Part shown: positions 57,661-64,000 of the stretch, one piece after another
How the letters are laid out: each line of letters begins with the position of its first letter
Numbering within the stretch: the first letter of the stretch is position 1
Assembly: GCA_038882975.1 (NCBI GenBank)
Contig: JAVZNE010000001.1
Span: 32,001 to 96,000, forward strand
Source: Candidatus Bathyarchaeia archaeon
GTDB taxonomy: Archaea > Thermoproteota > Bathyarchaeia > Bathyarchaeales > Bathycorpusculaceae
Direction of reading: 5' to 3'
DNA length: 64,000 nucleotides
Notes under the pieces: generated by a model
What the model was told of the DNA's origin: nothing
What the model saw: only the letters and a program-made list of their open reading frames with translations
Database searches by the model: none
Program-made: the position numbers and the translations under genes

Positions 57661-58191
57661 TCAAACTTTCTCCATTATGACTTTAAGGTTTTTCACCCAC
57701 TCCTCGTGGGAAAGGTTTGGGAAAGACCAACTTGCATGGGGATGATAAACATTATCCAAAGAGATAGTCTTCAAGTGTTGGGCGAAGTGCTTCAACCCCG
57801 ACAAAATCGTCCACTCCATATAATAGTAGAGCCCCACAAACAAGGCTAGGTCATGCTGCCCCTTGCCGTCAACCCCAGCCCAATCTGGGTCAACAAGGCG
57901 GTTTCCAATATCAACTGCTGGCATGAAAGCTGCTGGTTTAAAGCCCCGTTTTGCAAACTCGCCTATCATATGGGCTGTAGCCACAACGGGAATGCCGCTT
58001 TTCTTCGAAAACTCAATAATGAAGTCTATGAGCTTTCCGCCATCAAAGTCTGTTTCAGCCACTTTATGCCCAACCACAAGCACCGGATGCTTAGCCCTCT
58101 TAATCATGGCTGCAACAACTTCAGGCTTCGTAACAACCAAAGCTTTTTTGGGCCCCGGGATTTCCGCCGTTTGCCAAGGTTCAGCCGCCAT
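57661..58191 (-). CDS. cdhB: CODH/ACS complex epsilon subunit
   Basis: IKRAKxP...G, W.G.DG.G.HDL..F.G..YY, SFPN. Confidence 0.94.
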   Translation of the reverse strand: MAAEPWQTAEIPGPKKALVVTKPEVVAAMIKRAKHPVLVVGHKVAETDFDGGKLIDFIIEFSKKSGIPVVATAHMIGEFAKRGFKPAAFMPAVDIGNRLVDPDWAGVDGKGQHDLALFVGLYYYMEWTILSGLKHFAQHLKTISLDNVYHPHASWSFPNLSHEEWVKNLKVIMEKV

Positions 58192-58206
58192 AAACGCTCA
58201 CCCCTA

Positions 58207-60564
58207 TCACTCCTTCCTCTTCCTTATAAGCCTAGGCAGAAGCGTCGGGTCTGGGATTATCGTCTCTTTCCAGCCCTTCTCTTCTAGAATCTTTATGATT
58301 TCATCCTTCATTGTTACTGGTATGTCAGCGACTGTCCGCACGAAGCGGTGAATGTCCTCTGGCATTGTTCCATACAACCGCTTATGCAAATCAATATAAT
58401 GCGTCAATTTTATGGCGCGTCCTTTCGTAGTGTCGTTAGGACGCATACAAAGCTTGGCAATCATAACCATGGCTTCCTCCTTAGTTTCAGCCGTGTAGAA
58501 CAGGTGTTCAGGCGCTGGTCCAACATAGACTTTTTCGCCAGTCCTGGCGTCATAAACGTACCAATCTTCTTCGCGGTCAGCCCTTCCCAACAACATGCGC
58601 CTATACTTTATGCCGTGGGGACCAACAATCACTGGAACGCCCAAACGCCAGAAGCCAGAAGCTATTGAGGCAGCTTTTTGGGAGTAGGCTCCCCAAGCAA
58701 CGCCTACAGCGCCCACCCGGTTTAGAATGTAGTCGGCAATCTCCTCATAATTAGCCCTCAAATTCCTCTTGGCAAAGATATTAGCAATTTTTATGGCAGC
58801 ACCAGCGATGTGGGCATTAGCCACGCATGAACCAACGTTAACCATGCATCCAGCCGTGAATTCGCCTGTAAACTCCTCGTATGGAGTTTTGCCTTCTTCA
58901 TTCCTGTACATGCCAGCCGTCATGGCTGCACATCCAGAAGTGACAACTATGTAACGTCTGTTGGCGAATTCTCGGCACATTTCCGCAACTTCTATTCCGC
59001 CTTTTGGATAGTTGGCGCATCCAACGAAGGCTATAACGCCTGGAATTTCGCCGAGTACTATTGGGCTTCCAACATTTCGGATTTCCACGTCTTGTATGGG
59101 ACCTCTTCCAGCCCGCACTTTGTAGGTTTCCTCTTTAAGCTTCTTCTCCCCAGCCTTAACAATGAAGCTGTGGATTTGCAAGCCTACCGGGCATGCTTCC
59201 TCGCACCGTCCACAACCAACACACAAGTCGTAAAGTTCTGCAAGCTTAGCCAATGAGCCTTCCATGGCTGCTTTCATGGCTTCTGGAATGTGCAAGTCTT
59301 GGGGGCAAGCTCTACGGCAGTCGCCGCACTGGCGGCATTCCTTCGCTTTTTGCAGAACCTCATCCACCTCTGGAATCGCCTTAAACTTCTTCCTCAAAGG
59401 CGCAACTTTCAAAGCCACTTTGACTGCGACTTCGCCCACCTTTTCTGGGTCTAAGATTAATGCGCCTGGGATTTTGCCGCTTACGAGGTCTTCAACTATG
59501 GCGTCTGCCGGGTCGTCTGTGCGGTTTGGCAATCCCATGCAGTTCTTTTCAGAAGCCACAATAACAGGAGCCTTAATCCGCTGAGCCTCATAGAAAGAAT
59601 CTGTTCGGATACACTGCTCATCCAAAACAACAACGTCTGGAACTCCGCTCCTTATGAAGCGCAACTGCCAAGAAATTGGTCCAATAATCTTCCCTCTTTT
59701 ATAATAGCGTGTTATGTCATGGGCTGTGCAGCATAAGCCGCAAACTTCTATTTCCCCATCAAGTCCATTCTCCTTCATATAATCGATTATACCTACGGAT
59801 GGAACAACATTATGTCCTATACAGAGGATCACTGGCTTCTCAACGTTTACCGTGCCAAAACCTAAATCAACCAGCGGCGCATCCGGGTCAGCTTTTGGAA
59901 AGCCGTAGGCGGCTATTTGGGCTATATCAGCCACTTCCATGCCAACGTGGTCCAACATGCCTACATGGAAAACTTTCGACTCGAAGTCAAGGTTGCTGCC
60001 CTCCTGCCCGGTGTGGCAAACGGACAAGCAGTGGGTAACTTGTGTCTCCACGTAATCTAGTATTTCTTCAAGGTCGCCGAGGGTTTCAGGCTTAACTCCG
60101 CAGACAAGCCTTGTAACTGGCGCTTCCACTTGAACGTTCAAGCCGCCAACGTCTAGGGGCATTCTTCTACCATATTTCTCGATTAGGTGCTCCACCAAGT
60201 GGCGGGCATGCCCAGTATGGGTTGCCGCGCCTATGCAGCATGCCAGAAGCACTATGCGGGATTGTTGGGCAGTCATATTTATGCCACATGCACCCCGCTT
60301 GTTTCCGGTTAAGTCGCATTTGCCGAAAGTGCAGAGACAGCAGACGTCGCAAAAGGGCAGATAAAATGGCTTGTAGCGCTGTAGAAGCTTCATGTCCCAT
60401 TCGCGTAGGGCTGTCAGCGACGGGAAAGGCGTTGGACCCATCGGTTCAGCCCATGCTTCCTCGACTATTCTGCCAATGGACAATTCAAGGTTTTTTATAA
60501 GCCCCATGTCTGTTTTCATTTCCCCAATTTTCACGTGTAATCCTTTCTTGCTCAAGGTAAACAC
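58207..60564 (-). CDS. cdhA: CODH/ACS complex alpha subunit (CO dehydrogenase)
   Basis: PMGPTP, CDxCCLCTFGKC, GHN, CCT, DEQC, two extra Fe-S motifs, GCAN, GSC, PDPT. Confidence 0.97.
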   Translation of the reverse strand: MFTLSKKGLHVKIGEMKTDMGLIKNLELSIGRIVEEAWAEPMGPTPFPSLTALREWDMKLLQRYKPFYLPFCDVCCLCTFGKCDLTGNKRGACGINMTAQQSRIVLLACCIGAATHTGHARHLVEHLIEKYGRRMPLDVGGLNVQVEAPVTRLVCGVKPETLGDLEEILDYVETQVTHCLSVCHTGQEGSNLDFESKVFHVGMLDHVGMEVADIAQIAAYGFPKADPDAPLVDLGFGTVNVEKPVILCIGHNVVPSVGIIDYMKENGLDGEIEVCGLCCTAHDITRYYKRGKIIGPISWQLRFIRSGVPDVVVLDEQCIRTDSFYEAQRIKAPVIVASEKNCMGLPNRTDDPADAIVEDLVSGKIPGALILDPEKVGEVAVKVALKVAPLRKKFKAIPEVDEVLQKAKECRQCGDCRRACPQDLHIPEAMKAAMEGSLAKLAELYDLCVGCGRCEEACPVGLQIHSFIVKAGEKKLKEETYKVRAGRGPIQDVEIRNVGSPIVLGEIPGVIAFVGCANYPKGGIEVAEMCREFANRRYIVVTSGCAAMTAGMYRNEEGKTPYEEFTGEFTAGCMVNVGSCVANAHIAGAAIKIANIFAKRNLRANYEEIADYILNRVGAVGVAWGAYSQKAASIASGFWRLGVPVIVGPHGIKYRRMLLGRADREEDWYVYDARTGEKVYVGPAPEHLFYTAETKEEAMVMIAKLCMRPNDTTKGRAIKLTHYIDLHKRLYGTMPEDIHRFVRTVADIPVTMKDEIIKILEEKGWKETIIPDPTLLPRLIRKRKE

Positions 60565-60648
60565 AACCCAGAGTAGAAGGTTTTAATGTCGGCATCCAAC
60601 ATTTTAAGCTTTTCTAGAAGCCTAAACCAAACATCACATCGAAATGGG

Positions 60649-61419
60649 CTATGTTTTGCCGTAACCAGCACTTTTCATTATCTTTTTAACAGAGATATAA
60701 GCCGGAGTTTCAGGCGATATCCCCAGCAAAGACTTTCCAGCAAGAACATACTCCTCAACGTTCTCGTCGTAGGCAACCCTGCCCAAAAACTTGAAAGGCA
60801 AAACCTTCTTGGCTTGGTTTTCAAGGCTTTCAGGAAAACGAAAACCTCCAACAACATAGAAGTTTTGGAAGACTATTTTAACCTCTTTAGCCACGCGATA
60901 AGCTCGCTCCACATGGTCAAAGGACTTTTTCGATGGGTCAATGACGTCGAAGATGTCGTCCACCTTGGATGTTATACGCCTATTCAAGTGTTCTAAGCCA
61001 GCCGGCGAGTCGATTAGAACATACCTATAGTTTTTTGTTAGCGATTCCAACGCGCCTTTTAGGGCTGCGTTTGGTAGGCAGTAGCAACCCTCAACCCATT
61101 TTGTGCCAAGAGCAATAAAGTCGAAGTTTTCACCCTCATACATTCCATGAGCCCAAATTCGACTTTCAATGCGCTCTGTTGGCGGCACTCCAACGGTTGT
61201 CCCACCCTCCTCTAGGAAGGTTTCCACGAGAAGCTCTGAGATGGATTTTTTGCCAGCTGCGTGAAGGTCTACGCCGACCATTTCGCCCAGGTTCTGGTCT
61301 GGGTCAGCGTCCACAAGAAGAAGTGGCGCCTCGCCCAATTCTATGAAGTATTTTGCCATTAGGGCTACGAAGCTTGTTTTTCCGGTGCCTCCTCGCCCCA
61401 TAGTGACGAGAATTTTCAT
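60649..61419 (-). CDS. cooC: CooC/AcsF-family nickel-insertion ATPase
   Basis: GRGGTGKT, DADP..NL, GCYC, D..AGLEHL.R. Confidence 0.92.
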   Translation of the reverse strand: MKILVTMGRGGTGKTSFVALMAKYFIELGEAPLLLVDADPDQNLGEMVGVDLHAAGKKSISELLVETFLEEGGTTVGVPPTERIESRIWAHGMYEGENFDFIALGTKWVEGCYCLPNAALKGALESLTKNYRYVLIDSPAGLEHLNRRITSKVDDIFDVIDPSKKSFDHVERAYRVAKEVKIVFQNFYVVGGFRFPESLENQAKKVLPFKFLGRVAYDENVEEYVLAGKSLLGISPETPAYISVKKIMKSAGYGKT

Positions 61420-61479
61420 TTTTCTAACCCCTTAATGCGGCTGTCCATCCTATTGTTTCGGGTATTATTAGGTGTTGCC

Positions 61480-62256
61480 TTACAAGAGCTTGTCGCATAA
61501 TCTTTCTATGGCTTTAATGGCTGGGATATCCCCATATTTTAGGGGTGTTTCTCCCCGCATTTCAGCTTCCACAACCTTCGGGTCGAATGGTAGAAAATCC
61601 AGAACCTCTAAACCATTTGCTTTGGCGAAGGCTTCAACAGCCTCCCTTTGAGCCTCGTTTTCAATTTTGTTTCCAACAAGGAGGATGCGGCTCATTCCGG
61701 CTTTCACGCCTAACTCGTGGATGCGTTTGGCTGTTTCAAGAGCCTTCAAATTAGCGTTAACAACAACAAGCATGACATCCACATGCCGCGCTGTGCCCCG
61801 CCCCATATGCTCAACACCAGCCTCTAAGTCCAAGACAACAGCTTCATCGCGTTCGACGACCAAATGCCTTAAAAGCGAACGAACAACAGCATTAGCCGGA
61901 CAAGTACACCCAGCACCAACAGAACGCACAGTTCCCATAACAATAAGGTTTACCCCCAAAGGCGTCATAACGGCGTAGTCTCGCACGATATCGTCAACAG
62001 TAAATGTTAAGCGGAAAACACCAGCATAACCAGTACTCGTCTTCGCCTCGATAAGCTGCTTATTCTCAGATATAGGCACTATACGGCTGGCTTCCTCGGA
62101 GGACAAGCCTAAAGTCAAGGCAAGATTAGGCGAAGGATCAGCATCAATAGCAATAGTCTTAAAACCTCTTTTAGTTAAGGTGTAAGCCAAACCGCCAGCA
62201 ACAAAAGTCTTGCCAACACCACCCTTACCAGAAACAGCCACCTTCATAAAATTCAC
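61480..62256 (-). CDS. cooC: CooC-family nickel-insertion ATPase
   Basis: GKGGVGKT, DADP.PNL, GCTC, DLEAGVEH.GRG. Confidence 0.93.
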   Translation of the reverse strand: MNFMKVAVSGKGGVGKTFVAGGLAYTLTKRGFKTIAIDADPSPNLALTLGLSSEEASRIVPISENKQLIEAKTSTGYAGVFRLTFTVDDIVRDYAVMTPLGVNLIVMGTVRSVGAGCTCPANAVVRSLLRHLVVERDEAVVLDLEAGVEHMGRGTARHVDVMLVVVNANLKALETAKRIHELGVKAGMSRILLVGNKIENEAQREAVEAFAKANGLEVLDFLPFDPKVVEAEMRGETPLKYGDIPAIKAIERLCDKLL

Positions 62257-62266
62257 CGAAACACGA

Positions 62267-62689
62267 TTAGACCTTCACCTCAGCAAGCGTGCGCACCTTC
62301 ACTTCTTTAAGCTGTCTAAAATGAGGGTCCTCTGTTAATATGATGTCAGCTTTTTCAAGAAAAGCAGTAGCGGCTATTATGCAGTCTCCCCATGGAATTT
62401 TCTCTTGATATTTGTGCCTGAAAATCCCGGCTTGTTTAGCAACATCTGCTGTTAAATTTATGATTTCCAATCCTGAGTTAACAAGTTCTCTAAAAAATTT
62501 TTCTGCAACATCCCTACCAGCCCTTTTACGCGTTAACAAGTAAAATTCTCCAAGAACAATTGTTGGCAGGATTCCCTTATTCCCGAGTTTCCTACATTGA
62601 GTGAGAATTTTCTGAGTTTTGCCAAGGACATCTTCTTCATCAGAAAAATAATGGAGCACAAGAAAAGTTGTGTCAAGCACAATAATCAT
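62267..62689 (-). CDS. vapC: VapC PIN-domain toxin
   Basis: VLDT, E (LGEF), D (WGDC..AATA), TED.HF acidic quartet. Confidence 0.9.
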   Translation of the reverse strand: MIIVLDTTFLVLHYFSDEEDVLGKTQKILTQCRKLGNKGILPTIVLGEFYLLTRKRAGRDVAEKFFRELVNSGLEIINLTADVAKQAGIFRHKYQEKIPWGDCIIAATAFLEKADIILTEDPHFRQLKEVKVRTLAEVKV

Positions 62690-62698
62690 AGGATTCCT

Positions 62699-62929
62699 TC
62701 AGCGGAAGTTTTCTTCTCTTGTTTTTATAAGCTCGGCAATTAACTCTTTCGGATTCCCGTATTTTGCTAACTTACCAGCCGAGTCAACAATATCTGGCAC
62801 TGGTTTTATAACTAACCCGTTCTCTGTTTCCTCGAAAATCACAAGGCTTCCTTCTCGAAGGTTATATTTCCTTCTAAACTGAACAGGAATTGTTGTTTGT
62901 CCTTTCTTGGTTATTTTTGAGTAAGACAT
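62699..62929 (-). CDS. vapB: AbrB/MazE-type antitoxin
   Basis: KITKKGQTTIP..R....EG...F......IKP; directly upstream of the PIN gene. Confidence 0.9.
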   Translation of the reverse strand: MSYSKITKKGQTTIPVQFRRKYNLREGSLVIFEETENGLVIKPVPDIVDSAGKLAKYGNPKELIAELIKTREENFR

Positions 62930-62961
62930 TTTAATTCTCTTACAAAAAATAAAGGTCTTAC
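62921..62961. promoter_or_regulatory. Candidate VapBC autoregulatory operator
   Basis: GTAAGAC (62921) and GTCTTAC (62955) inverted, with an extra TCTTAC at 62938, straddling the vapB start. Confidence 0.4.
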
Positions 62962-62987
62962 TTTTTAATAAGCATTACTGAAACGCT

Positions 62988-63923
62988 TCAAAGTCTTTCA
63001 AGCAGTGCTGCATATATTATTGGTAGGGCTATTGTGGCGTCCGCCTCTATAGTTACTGTTTTTGCTTTTTCTCGGATTTTCCCCCATGATATTGCTTCTC
63101 TTGGGCGGGCTCCTGATAGGCTTCCGTCATACTCGACAGCTGTTGTTATGTAAAACGCGTAGTCCAGTCCCTTCTTAAATAGGTTCCACCATAGGACGTG
63201 ATGCTTTGATATTCCTCCGCCTATTATTAGGGCTCCTGATTTTTTTGCTTCCCAAACCATGTCGTTTAGGAGTTGCTCGTCTTTGAGCACGTTTATTTTT
63301 AGGTCTTTGTGGTCTTGACTGAACTGCCAAATCTGGTAGCCCACGGCGCCGTCCGTTATGCCCGGCACTATTACGGGTATATGGTTTTTCCAGCACCAAT
63401 ATAATATTGAGTTTTCGTTGAGGCGTTTGCCAATCTCCCAGCACAACTCGTAGGTGGCAAGTTCTCGCTTGCCTTCAGCGTATATGCTGTTCAAGAACTC
63501 CGTCATTTTATCTTCGATTATTTCGCCATAGCTTGCGTTTGGCACCAGCACGTTGCCTATTCGGCTTATGCCTTTCCTATGCAGTTCTTTGTCATCCATG
63601 TAAAAGTCGCCTTGAAAATAGTCGCGATAGCAACGTGCCAAATCATGGTCTAAAGTGCCGCAAGTCGTGACTAAAACGTGGAACCATTTATGCTTAACCA
63701 TGTCACGGATTATGCCCCTTGTGCCAGTGGCAATAATGCAAGCGGGAAAAGAAAGAAAATTGAGGATTTCCCGCTCTTTCAGCATTGCCTCAAGAACGTC
63801 AACGCCTAGGGCGAGGTTTTTTGCTGTGAAGCCTCCACTTTCAAGCATCTGTCGGATAAGCGTGTCTGCAGAAACGCCCTTCGAAATTTCGAAGTCTTTC
63901 ACTTTTTCCATTGGACGCGCCAA
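62988..63923 (-). CDS. dys: Deoxyhypusine synthase
   Basis: GGF.A..L, RIGN, P.ITDG..G, GGGISKHH, DGSLSGARP.EAISWGK, DATIALP. Confidence 0.95.
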   Translation of the reverse strand: MARPMEKVKDFEISKGVSADTLIRQMLESGGFTAKNLALGVDVLEAMLKEREILNFLSFPACIIATGTRGIIRDMVKHKWFHVLVTTCGTLDHDLARCYRDYFQGDFYMDDKELHRKGISRIGNVLVPNASYGEIIEDKMTEFLNSIYAEGKRELATYELCWEIGKRLNENSILYWCWKNHIPVIVPGITDGAVGYQIWQFSQDHKDLKINVLKDEQLLNDMVWEAKKSGALIIGGGISKHHVLWWNLFKKGLDYAFYITTAVEYDGSLSGARPREAISWGKIREKAKTVTIEADATIALPIIYAALLERL

Positions 63924-63926
63924 GAG

Positions 63927-64000
63927 CTATTCTAAACCCTTAAACAGCCAAGATAAGTCTGGCATCTTCGCCCTTTTATCGATTTTCTCTGCCAAAGCGT
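63927..64000 (-). CDS. 3' end of an upstream gene (partial, unidentified)
   Basis: Open frame ...ALAEKIDKRAKMPDLSWLFKGLE* ending 3 nt before the dys start. Confidence 0.4.
   Translation of the reverse strand, partial: ALAEKIDKRAKMPDLSWLFKGLE

Overview
Gene-dense archaeal chromosome segment; the gene content (archaeal Wood-Ljungdahl pathway with cdhABCDE, fwdDBAC, mch; cdvABC/ESCRT-III cluster; orc1/cdc6; archaeal SRP RNA; frequent TTG/GTG starts) points to a TACK archaeon, most likely Bathyarchaeia (inference). It also carries moaABC/fdhD, sugar genes (GH1, GalT-like, debranching enzyme, PfkA-family PFK with PPi-type motifs, class II aldolase, TPI), Lhr, a presenilin-type protease, a VapBC pair and several exported proteins. 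No tRNA, rRNA, CRISPR array or transposase was seen. The most notable observations are: (1) a CitG homolog next to an ECF-S-like membrane protein and three tandem paralogous pol-beta-type nucleotidyltransferases, beside the H4MPT/Fwd genes, which is a candidate triphosphoribosyl-transfer or cofactor-tailoring system; (2) an unannotated, same-orientation dispersed element (dyad + ATA(G)CCCCTCTA) with a tandem cluster downstream of cdhE; (3) small genes missed by the ORF track (CooT, a 39-aa ORF) and a probable ATA start for cdvB; (4) a basic amphipathic insertion in FwdB. All calls come from motif reading by eye; no database searches were run.
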